A DNA stretch of 57,992 nt, filler included, from Diploschistes diacapsis (lineage: Eukaryota): assembly GCA_023645945.1 (NCBI GenBank). It is 5 parts of 5 records of this genome, joined end to end, with 100 filler letters (N's around TTAATTAATTAA, not from the genome) between each part and the next. Parts side by side here need not be neighbours in the genome. Positions count along the whole stretch, not along the records: positions 34,899 to 46,395 come from JALAIB010000825.1; positions 46,496 to 57,992 come from JALAIB010000826.1; 3 more parts are not named here. One strand, given 5' to 3'. Of this stretch, positions 34,799 to 46,505 are shown one piece after another (position 1 is the stretch's first letter; each line of letters starts with the position of its first letter). A program made the translations under genes and the position numbers. The notes beneath the pieces are model-generated. The model saw only the letters and a program-made list of their open reading frames with translations, was not told the DNA's origin and searched no databases.

Positions 34799-34898
34799 NN
34801 NNNNNNNNNNNNNNNNNNNNNNNNNNNNNNNNNNNNNNNNNNTTAATTAATTAANNNNNNNNNNNNNNNNNNNNNNNNNNNNNNNNNNNNNNNNNNNN
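34799..34898. other. Artificial contig spacer N44-TTAATTAATTAA-N44
   Basis: Identical to the other spacers. Confidence 0.98.
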
Positions 34899-35516
34899 GT
34901 CTGAGTGGGTCTACGACACCTACATCCGGCAGCCCGCTACCTCTGTCTCTGTCCCCACCTCCCCCCCCCCCTCTGTACCCGTCTTCTCTAACGATGAGGA
35001 TGCGATGGTCATTGACAAACCCCATCCAGACGCCACAGACGGAGGCGCTGCTAATGGCGATGGTGATACTGGGTTGGAAAACATAGGCTACCTCATAATC
35101 CGCCCCTCCGACGAAGAAGCCTGGGAGGTATTCCTGTCCGACAGCGAGGGCAGCGACGAGGAGGAGTGGGAGGGGGAGGACGACTCGAATGGTATCTATT
35201 CCCCTCCTATTTTTTCCTGTGGATTTTCTTTCCCTTTCCCTGCGCCGCCCCTGTCCGCTGTTCTACCCATTCCCTGCGTTTCCTCCACTCCATATCCCAC
35301 AAGCCTATTCTCGATGTCGAACCCAACCCCTCCCTCTTTCAAAGCTACGTTCGTTCCATCAGGGCTAATGCTGACACCACGTTGCACCAACCAGCCGAGG
35401 ACTACTACGGTAACGACTACCCCGAAGAAGAAGAAGACTGGGTGGGCTCTGACTACGGCGCGGGCTCGGAATACGGGAGCGAGGACGGTCGATGGTCGGA
35501 TGAGGGGGGCCGGTGA
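34899..35516 (+). CDS. IWR1: Iwr1 (RNA polymerase II nuclear import factor), 3' fragment
   Basis: EWVYDTYIR..IGYLII..EDDSN|AEDYYGNDYPEEE is the Iwr1 domain signature. Intron 35192-35394, stop at 35514-35516. Confidence 0.85.
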
Positions 35517-36103
35517 TGGTAGGGGTGTGTGTTTGGTGGGAAGGGGGTATTGATCAGGCCTGCGGCTTCCGTGAGAAGGGCTTTTTACGATTGCAGAGGC
35601 GGCGCGAGTGGGCGGAGTTAGGGTTTGATGGGGATATGTGTGCATAATACTCATGGGTAGGGTGGAGAGACTGTTGATTGATAAGCCCCTCGGCGAACAG
35701 TTTCTGCAAAATTCGGTGTTTGGTGAAATGGTGCGCGTCACAGATACTCCGAAAAGACATGGCTGGTAATGATGTTTTTTTTTGCCTGTGTACGAATGCT
35801 GGAAGTCTTCGCGTAGAAATGTTGAGATTCTGAAGAACCACCGATGCCCAATATCCCTTCTCTTCGTCTGATAGAATCTTTTGAATCTGAATCACTGCCA
35901 ATACTCAAACTGGAGGCCTGCCGATGCATTTCATAGCCCTGCTAGTGAATGAATAGTAAAAGGATTGGAGACCTCCCATGCTTATATCTGGGTTCCGCTA
36001 ATTGAAACGCTGGATTCGTGTCGAGAGGAAAGAACCAACAGCCCGCTGAATCCTAGAGCCTGGCAGCTGAAAGGAAGAAGAGAAGATTAATTTTGCAGAC
36101 TGC

Positions 36104-36133
36104 ATGCCTCCCAATGCCTCCCAATGCCTCCCA
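36104..36133. repeat. 10-bp tandem repeat (ATGCCTCCCA)x3
   Basis: Direct reading. Confidence 0.9.
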
Positions 36134-36236
36134 GTGCCCGTGACTCCGGATATTATAACAAGTTACGTCAAATTACCATGATGATCCCTAATGCAGAAGA
36201 AGCTCAACAACCAGGTCCGTTGGAAACAAAAGCGTA

Positions 36237-36869
36237 TCACGTGCGGCTACTGCATCGGTCAGTTCTGTTCAGCACGAGATGAAACTTGCTTGACATGGCA
36301 TACCTTCTTGGCTCCCGATCCTTGCGCATCCAATCGTACCATACCTGCGGGCAGAAAGCTCGAACACCATAGACGCTGTCCTGAGGAACGGCCTTGTTCC
36401 GATCTCGGACTGAAGGCACTCCGTGTCGCTCAACGCACCGATAGTACTTACATTGAATGCCTTGGAAGCCCTTCCTTTGCCGATCGGGAAATTGCCTGTT
36501 GTAGGCGTTCTTCACTTCCGTCCAGTCCAGGTTGAGATCGACTCGGTGATACCAGATGAAGTATTCTTCTTCGACATGGTAGGTTGGTCGGAACTCTCTT
36601 CGCTCCCGTTCAAGTGCACGAGTTCGGATTGAGAGATTTGGTAGTCTATACGGCTCAGCGGCAGCAGAATGACGTCTGTTTTGGTTGTGGTTGGTTTCCG
36701 GTCGCCACGGAGCTATTGGACCAACGCTATGGGAGCTGTGTGTTGATTCTGGACTAAGCGTATAATCCCGTTGTCGATCAGAACGGCTGGATGCTCCAGA
36801 TTCGCTCTCTGCCCGATCGGGTAGAGCGCGGTCCGGCTGTTCTGGATTGAGTAGACTCCATATAGCCAT
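36237..36869 (-). CDS. Fungal protein with a Myb/SANT-like helical domain, probable regulator (ORF open to 37010)
   Basis: MAIWSLLNP start. RPTYHVEEEYFIWYHRVDLNLDWTEVKNAYNRQFPDRQRKGFQGIQCKYYR shows a Myb-like aromatic spacing seen in uncharacterised Pezizomycotina proteins. Confidence 0.72.
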   Translation of the reverse strand: MAIWSLLNPEQPDRALPDRAESESGASSRSDRQRDYTLSPESTHSSHSVGPIAPWRPETNHNQNRRHSAAAEPYRLPNLSIRTRALERERREFRPTYHVEEEYFIWYHRVDLNLDWTEVKNAYNRQFPDRQRKGFQGIQCKYYRCVERHGVPSVRDRNKAVPQDSVYGVRAFCPQVWYDWMRKDREPRRYAMSSKFHLVLNRTDRCSSRT

Positions 36870-39800
36870 GGGATCGCTCTGCGGAGATACTACGCAAACC
36901 ATCTTTGGCGAAGCTAGGAGAGAAAGAGAAAGAAAGGCGATGCAATCGAAACTGGAATATGGCCTTGCGAGAAGACTAGATGGCGAGGGCGTTCGGACAG
37001 GCTGCTGCAAGAGGCAGATTATTCAGCTCTACCAAGTGGGATTGCCAAAGGGAAACCTGAAGGTAAGAGGAGTAGGAAACGAATATAACCTTCGACTCTG
37101 GCCCGACCCGAAGCTACGGTTCCTTAGAACATAGAATCAGCCGCAGCGAAACCCCCCTTCGAAGTAGCAGACGTGCAATCAGATAACGGAGACGTTGGGG
37201 AGGCCGTTGGCTTCTAATCGATATAGGCGCGTGCCGCCAGGATCTTGCATTCGAACTCAAGCCAGCGTACTAGTACCATTCAAGCACGTGCTGACTTTAG
37301 AGCAATAATAGTCCTGCAGCTGGCTTACGCGGATCAGTTATAGTCGTATGGGGTACGAAACCTGCGGCGTCAATTATGAAAGGGGCCAGTAACTGTCGAT
37401 CTAGGGCCAAGGAGTCTTGATACACGTTCGGCAGACCGTTCATCCGCCTTAACGGTCCGAGATGTCTGCTCCTTTTGTGGCTGACGGGACATGAGAACCT
37501 AGACAACATTCATTTCCTTCATTGAACATTGAAACTTGAATCCAACAAAAGCAGTACTTGGAGGTAGCATTCGCAGACAATGACAAGACAGCAAGATATT
37601 CTAAGATGTCAAGCGAAAAAGCAAAGCAGGATCTAGATAGGTAGGTTCTAACTAACTCACAAGGTCAGGTGAGAATTATCAGCCATCACTCCACGTCTTG
37701 CCTCTGCACTGTACCATAAGAAAGACCACTAAGAGCGGCTGTTCCCTGTGCGTTAACTAGAGGTACGCGCCCACAGTGACCCAAACCTCAGCTGGGTATG
37801 TACTTTGACCTCGGCCAGGCAGATATGTGGTCTGCATTGAGCCGTAGTAGAGATATTTCTGATTGGTGAATGCTTTACTCGAGCTAGCAGGCGCGAGGCG
37901 GCCCCGTCTCAGAAGGCACAGACATGGCTAGCATATCCCTTCCAAGTTCTGTGAACGGAGACTGCGTTTTGATTTGTTCGAACCCGAGCTTTGGAGCTCG
38001 TTGGATCGTTTCTGAGGGGTTTGTGGTCCACTACTTTGGGACCGTCGAGACTCTCGCTGCGAAGCCGACATGTACGACTTCCTCGTATCGTACTTTATCC
38101 AAATCGGGGACACTGTGACTTTGGGTCAGCATTCGACTTTGCGTGTAGGATACTTGGCCTAGTACCGGAACTACCCTTGCTAGAGCAGCGTACTACTGTC
38201 GCACAAGGTGTCTTTGCAATGGTTGCATGATGAGCTGAACTCACCCAAAAGATTTCACCGGCCGGGTGAGGCTGACAATAGTGTTTACCTCAATGTCTGC
38301 AAAACCTAACGGTTGCTAAGAACAACGCCATCTTCAAGTTACTAGTAAAATTGAGGCCAGAAGAAAGCGAGAGAAAATCACTTAAGGCAGGCAGCGAGCG
38401 GCGTTAAGAAATTTTTACAGCCGCGCCGCACAAAAAGCACAACCCCATTCCATTCTCTTGATTTCAGCTTCACTACTTGGCATCTGCTTTCGCACGTACA
38501 GTAAAAGTACAGCATTGATGAGAATTCCTTCGGACACAAAAGCGCCTGCAGCTCTGGCACAAATTCAAAGCAAATTATCAGTCTCCCGCGCAAGTGATCT
38601 TGGTAGACTACGCGGAAAGCCCGGCAGCTTATTCTGACCGCTTCATGTTGCTGTGCAGTTGCATCAATTTTGTCAAAGTTGCAGCAGATGCCCTTCACGT
38701 GTCCGGTACACGATGATGACAAAGTCCCCAGAAGATCCGGGAGGTGCCTGTATACAGGTATCATCACATATTTCATCTGGCCAGGGTCAACCACAGTTCA
38801 GATCTCGAGTACTAGTCGATTCGCCTTCTGCAGTCAAGATGCTCATGAAGCTTGAGCGTTTTCCTGGAATTTACGGAAGCCTCTTAATTTAGAACTCGTT
38901 CCGGTGGCTCATTGCCTCATTTTCACCACCTTAATCTGCAAGAAACCAAAGGGCAACGAAGAGCGATGTTCCAGAGCTGCATACTATAGCCAGGAGGAGG
39001 TGGAGTGGCAGCCAAGCAGAATTGGCTATCATACAATGCTCACCCATGATCATCACAATTGCACGGCCGTCTGGAGGGCCTGGAGTGCATTGCTGTGGCT
39101 CTTCTAACAAGTCCCATAGTCCCCCTCATGATTGGAGCTTTGTCAACATCTTCGATCGCGAGTCGTTGACTAGCAGTTCGTCGCGCAGGCGCGCGACTCC
39201 GCCTACCGCTGCGGTCCACCCGCTGAAGATTTACACTAAAAGCAAGTTACTGGAGGCTAACGCAGTTAAACCTTGTCAGCTTTGGGGTATCTGGCACACA
39301 CAATGCTGTTCGAAAATTGATTGGTACATACCTTGTTTTAAAGGTCCATCGTGTTGTATACCGTATCGTATCTATCTACGAAGGCATGCGGATTGCTCTC
39401 AAATCAAGACGATCCAAACGTGCGACATCACTGCGCGAGTCAGTCAGCAGCAGCCCAAGTTGGGGCAAGTACTCTGCGTAACGACACATACTGGGACAGG
39501 AAGCAGATGAAAGGCCCGATGCCACGAAGTCTGCAGAGAACTACGCATGTAAGAGACCGAGAAAATACACACTCTCCACAAGGGTGGCCCCGAAGATGCT
39601 CGATGATCAGCTCTATCTGTAACGGCCAGAACTCCTCGCTGTTAACTCAGATGAAAGTTCCGAACTGATTCATGTAGTATGCCACTGTTACCTCAATTCC
39701 ATCCAGCACTAGTTTTCATGCGAGGTCAGCCGGCTTGAAATTCAGCCGCCCAACCAGGCCTCCTTTACTTAGTGATGCAGGGACTGCAACCCCAAAATGT

Positions 39801-42364
39801 CAGTGGCCATGGCTTTTGGAGTTCACATAGACTTTCCCGTGTTGATACTTGCGGCCGGTTCTACCACGGGAACCTGTAACTTGTTCCCCGATTTTGGAAA
39901 AACCACCATCACTTAGGTGTCTGAGTAACCTACCTGAGCAATTGTTTCCCATCGATGTCTTACATGGCCAGTGGATCCATTAGCAAGGAGAATTGACATG
40001 TTGCGGCTGACGCCATACTTGGTCGCACATGAGAGGCCGAATCCTCTCGCGCAAAGCATTGACCGTGAGTATGCTGCGCTTTTGCACTGGCTCTTCTTGC
40101 GACACAGAGCAATTACTTTCTTCTAAAGGTCGAAACAGACTGCCGCACCTGCTGTGTTGAATACTTGAGCCGCTATTATCAAGCAGCTTCCTATCAAACC
40201 TCATTTGTGCACAGTATATCACGTATGATCGCTCACGTTACACCTCCAGCAACAACATCTCGACCTTCAAGCCCTGCTTGTTCAAACGGAACATACCGGA
40301 GTGAGGCAGCCCGTACGGACCAAAGACCAGTAGAGCTATGAGCGCTCAAGATATGCCCGGTAAGGGTTGCATGATTCGTGGTGGAAGCCCTCTTCGCACG
40401 GGAAGGTACAGAGTACAAAATTTTATATTCCTTACGTCCGAAGGCCTTCATTTGTAATAGATCTGGCCATCAGTGCCAGAGGAAAAGATTGGCTAGGGCT
40501 GTAGACCTCAAGCATCTGCAACAAAAAGGCAATTCTAATCAAGGTTCACTGTCTGTCAGAAACTGCTGACAGAGGGCGATCAAGGCTGACAGTATTACTG
40601 ACGTGCTCGCAGCATCTTGATCAGAGTCGGGACCTACCGCCTCATGTTTCTGAGTTTGCTCCAGCTGCACACCACCACGAGGCTGACTGCTGGCATGAGC
40701 TTGGATTCCCAGGCAGGCTTTGGTCATTGACCGCTTGCCATTTCCTCGACTCCTTAGGTACCACGTCGGCCCTACGGTGTCCGGCTTGATTTGGGCATCC
40801 AGATTTATTCTGCAGGTTTCTTCACAGGCTTATCAGCATTAGCTAGCGCGCCCGCGGGCCCAGATCCTGCCGGTGAACCTGTCAAGACGCTGTTCCAAGA
40901 ATGCTGCTGGCCTTCTTTGCAAAGGACTAATGGGAGATATCATGGCCCTCTGCACTGCCAATCATTCGAGTGCTTGGATTTTCATTGCTATGGTTGAGTT
41001 ACACATGCAGTAATCTCAGCCATCGAATTCTTTGCCACTGTGTTCGTTGGACAGGAGTGACGACTCGGCAACTTTCCAACGACTGGTCCTCGGTCCAGTA
41101 ATCAGGCACCAAGTCCTGAACCAAGTCTGGCTGAACTCTGTATCAGCCACCGCTGGAGCAGGGCTATTCCGCTGCATTGCCCAACGGTACAACAAGGAAT
41201 TTCGTGCGTGTGGTCCGTCTGAGGTCCTCTCCCATGTATGAATGATGACATCGTACTACAGCCTGGACGGCAACAGGACAGCTCGAAGTCAAGTTGTTAC
41301 TGGGTTGTCTTACCCGTGTTTCTGCAGCATCTCTTCCACAGGGGTCGGTCTTGCGTAATACATCATCAAACCTACCACGGAGCGCCTACTAAAACGCGCG
41401 GCCGTGCTGCGTGATGGTAACTTTGCCACGGCTCTTTCGAACCCCATTCTGCCCGCTAACATCCCACATAGTTCCCCCCGAAACAGAGCAAGCGCTATGG
41501 TTTTCTTTTGGGGCGGGGGGACTTTGTAGCCGAAGAATTTCCGAAAGCATTGCCGCTACGCTGTGTTGGATAACTTATACCACGTTGCTAAGTTCTCCTA
41601 GGAGTACCTCTTCAACAGGAGAGGGAGGGTTCTATGATACAAGCTTCCTGCTGGGATGCGGCATCCTTTTCCCTTTGGAACTAATGTATATCTTTCAAAC
41701 GCATGGAAGCTGACATTTCCATCTCGAATTTTAGTACTTGGCAACTTTGGGTGCAGCGAGCGACTGTCATTCACTTATAGATTACTGCCGATACGCGATT
41801 GAACCATCTGCTCACAAGGTTCTCCGACATATGTATGTTTGCAGAGATATGAATACATATTTATAACCAATACACATTTGTGTCGCTATATCCATATTCA
41901 CTCATATTGCGAATTTCGGTACAGAGAGCACCGGAGGTCAGGCCTCCATTGCTGATGTCGCTGGTATCGGCCCCACTGCGACCAAGTTGCGAGGAGCCCA
42001 ATGTTGCAAAACAGGCAGTGGCCTAGTCCCGTAGACTTCGAGCATGTCCCTGTTGTTGCTGATCTCTGTTCAATGGGGCGTTCGCTCCTTGCAGACAGCA
42101 TAAGATGCAAAGGACTAGGTGATAAAACCATCTGCTCTGGGTGAAGCAAGTTTGTTCGCTTTAAGGTCGACCCAGCTTGGGAAGGATATGCTATTTCTGG
42201 TGTTTACGACCATCAAAGCTCTTTCGCGCAGAGACGCCCTTGGTCTATAACCCTGAGCAGCGGTTGCAGGAAATGTGCAGCGCGGTAGTAACAAGACTCT
42301 CAAAGCGCCCGACTCCGCTCTAGCCATATGCTGTTTGCATTCCAGACTTCGATTCGTTTGGCAG

Positions 42365-43072
42365 CTACAACATCGCCTGGTACGGACGCTCCAGCTCAAG
42401 GTTGTTCAATCGATGCTCTCTCGCTGCCCACCCAAATGCATCGCGGATAACTGCTCGTACTTCTTGCAGCGTGTCAAGATTACTAGCCTCCTTCTCGGTC
42501 ACCCATACAGCGTCTGTCTGGCCTTCTTGATCCAAGTAAAGTTGACCGCTTTCGGCCTCTACCACGAAGTTCAGCTGTCGCACCGTTCTCTGGATGGTTG
42601 TTGCGCGGCCACGCCTTGGAGTTATCGACACGTCCGTGCAAAAGGTGGAATCGGGAAGGCTTCCAACTATTCGTACGACCTTAGTACCTGTTCGCTCTTT
42701 TACCATTCTCGCCAGTGCGCAGGCTATCGACTCGTCCTGGGTGCTGACCTTTCCGCTGGGCATGTTTAGCTTGCTCAAGCTAGCGGACTCGGGTGTGCTT
42801 TCCCCAACAAAAAAGAGCTTCGGGAGATTGGACAACAGCGATGGACAGGACAAGGGATCGCGTCGGAAGATAGCAGCCCCCACGAAGATGTCATCGTACT
42901 GCGAACCATCCTCGGTAAAGTGGCTACGCTGGTACTGCGCGCCAGTTGAGTGGAGCTTGAGGACTCCGGAGCCCGAAAGCTTGGGCGAGAATTCGGGTCT
43001 TGCGCTCGCGGTGAGGTCAAACATACTGGAAAAGAGAGGCGTTCGTGCCATGGACTTTGGTCCAGACAGCAT
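42365..43072 (-). CDS. Nudix-fold protein with a degenerate Nudix box
   Basis: IFVGAAIFR, MPSGKVSTQDESIACALARMVKERTG, RQLNFVVE and DAVWV follow the layout of fungal Nudix hydrolases. Confidence 0.68.
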   Translation of the reverse strand: MLSGPKSMARTPLFSSMFDLTASARPEFSPKLSGSGVLKLHSTGAQYQRSHFTEDGSQYDDIFVGAAIFRRDPLSCPSLLSNLPKLFFVGESTPESASLSKLNMPSGKVSTQDESIACALARMVKERTGTKVVRIVGSLPDSTFCTDVSITPRRGRATTIQRTVRQLNFVVEAESGQLYLDQEGQTDAVWVTEKEASNLDTLQEVRAVIRDAFGWAAREHRLNNLELERPYQAML

Positions 43073-45911
43073 GTTTGTAGGTCGGTAGGTTCATGAAAGA
43101 GAAGGTCCGGAGGCCGTGAGGTCTTATCAAAGGTAAGTGCATTTTCAAAATTCCCATTTCCACTCATGCAACTCGTGTCCAGGGCGCACGAACACAAGGG
43201 GCATGGCATGTTCGAACACGGTACACTTGGTCCAGTTGGTTCGCAAGTTATGTGATTGCATCACAAGAGTCACCATGGCAAAGTGGTAGGATTGGATACC
43301 ATGACACGCGACCCAGGAAAGCCTCTGACGTGAGCGTTGGCCGCTGATTCTTTGACTGTATCTATCTAGTCTACCAAATCGCCAACGTTCCCTTTGTTTT
43401 ATTGCGCAGTGGGGATTTTTTTTAAGCCACCACATTTCCACAAATACTTTGCTTCAGAGCCTCGTTCTTAGAGCAGTACAATTATCCACGCGGCTTTTTC
43501 ATCGAGTTTGGTTGACGCGGAATCCATTCGACATCACGAGCGCAATCATCGCAGGCAAAATGCAATCTGCTTGCTCTCTTTCTGATACCCTTCCTGGACA
43601 GCTATGTTGCTCTTCTCACTTCTGCTTGTTCAGCTCTATCATGGCGAATCATGAGGAAGCACGTGACTCCTACAGCGCGGCAAAGTACATAAGAGGCCAA
43701 CAGGAAGTATTTCAAGACAAGCTCAGTCACCACCATCGTTCACAAAGATTTGCAGTTTCGGTAGTCTGCAAGCTTTTGGAAGATAGATACGAAGGAGCTC
43801 ACAAAAAACTGCATCGCAACATAACTTGTCCTACCACCATCAACGATACCACAAGGGGGCACGCTCGAGCCGGACACGCAGTCTACTCCGAGATCTAATA
43901 GCTGATCTTTGCTTAGCCTTGACCAGAATCACGCCAGCTATGGCCGCTGGATTTAGAGTTAGGGCAAAGGATTTACTTGGAGATGGCGGCCCTGGGATAT
44001 ATATTGCAGCTGTATCGGAGCGAGAGCAGGGCCTAGATATGTTGGCCTATGAGAGTCCAGGCACTGAGTCATTTGGAACTCCTTGTGGGCAACGCTTGTG
44101 TCAGAATTATCCTAAGCTCGAGGTCTGTATATGAATACTTCATCAGTCTCACAGAGCAACATTCTTTCCCATTCTAGACTAGTCCTCGAAAACACCTACT
44201 TACACTGCTAGGTCAAACGGTCGAACTGCACGAGATCGATAAGCTTTGAGAGAAACTTTTAGTCTTTGGCCATTGCTACTGCTTCAGCAAGATGCTCTCG
44301 ATACCACTGAGTGACATACTACAAGTAGGTCTATAAGCAATACCGCGTCCTTGACCCCTTCAATGCTCTCCGCAACAGAGTCTTGGTATACCCGAGTGGC
44401 ACGCCTATGAGTAGGTCGACGACCCGCTCTAGTGCCTTGAACAGCTACAATTGCTCCAGCAAAAAGCCTCCGATACTCTGGACCCAACCCAGTTTGCCCT
44501 CCATATCATCTCACTCTCCACCGCCACCTCCCTTCCACTTTGTGCTTAGATTCCCAAGCATTTCCCATCACCCACGATTTCACCTCCCAACCCCATCGTC
44601 GTTAGTATCCTCAACCAGCAGCATTGCCGACTCGTCATTAGCTTGATATTCTGGCTTCCATCAAGCCCCATTCGCCTTGGTGCGCTTGTTCTTTTGGTCA
44701 TTTTCTCCATTCAGCAGCCACGTCGAGGAGCTCCCTATTCTCAGTTGGTGGATGCCTGCGGGCCCAGTCTTCGAGTGGACTTGTTTTGGAGCGCGGACGT
44801 AAGACCTATCTAAAATAGCAGCAAAAGAGTTCGATCCGGTGTTCATTGCTCATTACCAATACCCTTTCTCATTACCTTGTTGGAACTGGAAAACGAAGAG
44901 GCTACTCTGCCGAGTGGACTGGTACAATTACCAGAGACCGTCCTATCCCACATTTGTTTAATCGGTACATGGGAATGGTGGAGAGCCGCAACGTTCTCAC
45001 CGCCGCTTTTCCGCGAGATAGTACCGGAGTCGCAAACGAAGTATCAAGCCCAAACCCTCCCTCCCCCCACACCATCGCTCGCCTACGCTCGCCCTGCACA
45101 TCTTTGCCAAAATAAAACGTGCGGCCACCACCTCGTTGTCGTTGGCGGGCAGATACACTACTCCCCCAAAGACCCATTCATATCCCCTACCATCCGGTTC
45201 CATTCCAGCATACCGTCTCTTGGCAGAAACAGGCATAGTGATGAACAAGAACAGATATAAGAAGAGGGGCTGTGAGCCGCTGAAAGAGTTCTGTAATCAG
45301 CTACCCACACCGCACTAAGAAAGCTCATGGCGATACCGCGCACAATCGAATCGACGGCGGTGGGAAATCTGGGGCCAGGCTTCTTCCCTGTACGTCTTCT
45401 TTGTACCCATACTTCTTCTCGCGCGCCTGGGGTCATAATATAGTCCTATACTTTTACAGCCGTGCAGTAATGCAGCTGCTGTTAAATATTGAGATCCAAG
45501 TCGATCATCATAGCGTCCATGTCCGCGTCGGTATCGCCGCTGTTCTTACTCTTCTTTTTTTTTCTTTGATAATCCCTCCCCTTCTTCCTTCTTCGGCAAT
45601 GGTAAGAACAACGATAACAATAACTAGGACAAGAATGAGGATACCAACACCAACGCCAGAGAAAGAGGGGGTGATGTTCGTCAGGCCAAGCCAGTCCATT
45701 CAGCTACCTTCCCTTCTCCTCCTCGTCCATCCCATCCTCCTGCTTTTCCCCACCAACTACATAACTATCCTTCTCCAACCCCCGTATTCCCTACCGCAAG
45801 CTCCCCCGTAAGCTCCCGCCCAAAACCAGCACGTATTCCAAACCACCTTGAGGCCGGTACCCCCTTGTCTATGCAGTGGCCTTGGGACCTTGGACCGGGC
45901 AAATCGACATA

Positions 45912-45952
45912 ACACACACTCACACACACTCACACACACTCACACACACACA
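45912..45952. repeat. (CA)n / (CACACACACT)n microsatellite
   Basis: Direct reading. Confidence 0.9.
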
Positions 45953-46395
45953 TAGATTTCTATAATATAATAACCGGTTAAAAGGACAAGATGGAACGAT
46001 ACAAGAAGATCCGCTGACGTGAGGTGCTTGAGCACGACCGACCAACCGACGTCGGGCTGGCTGGGCTGGCTTGTGGGGAAGAAACCGAGTGGTCTGTGTA
46101 TAGGTGGATTTTCCGTGCATCTGCATAGGAAAAGTGAGTTGGCGCCACACAAGCAGGGGGGGGTGGTGGTGGTACATGGTCGGGGCTTCCCCCACAAACT
46201 TTGTACCCGCATGCTGGCTCCCGCGTCGCCCCCGTGTGCTGGGGGGCTCCCACGCACGTGCCTCCCGTGTCCCCGGAGGCGGCACGGACTTCGCTTCCTT
46301 TCCCTTTCGCTCGTGGTGGAGGCGGGACCCTTTTTGGCTAGCATTATACATACTGCCACCCTAGGGCTGGCGTCGTGGTCCCCCCGGTTGGTGGT

Positions 46396-46495
46396 NNNNN
46401 NNNNNNNNNNNNNNNNNNNNNNNNNNNNNNNNNNNNNNNTTAATTAATTAANNNNNNNNNNNNNNNNNNNNNNNNNNNNNNNNNNNNNNNNNNNN
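46396..46495. other. Artificial contig spacer N44-TTAATTAATTAA-N44
   Basis: Identical to the other spacers. Confidence 0.98.
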
Positions 46496-46505
46496 TCCCA
46501 GCCCC

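Noticed and set aside
37000..46395. Telomerase RNA, tRNA or other ncRNA in the long non-coding tracts
   Set aside because: No full TAACCCTAA-type template and no cloverleaf around the GTTCGA hits; cannot be supported without a covariance-model search.
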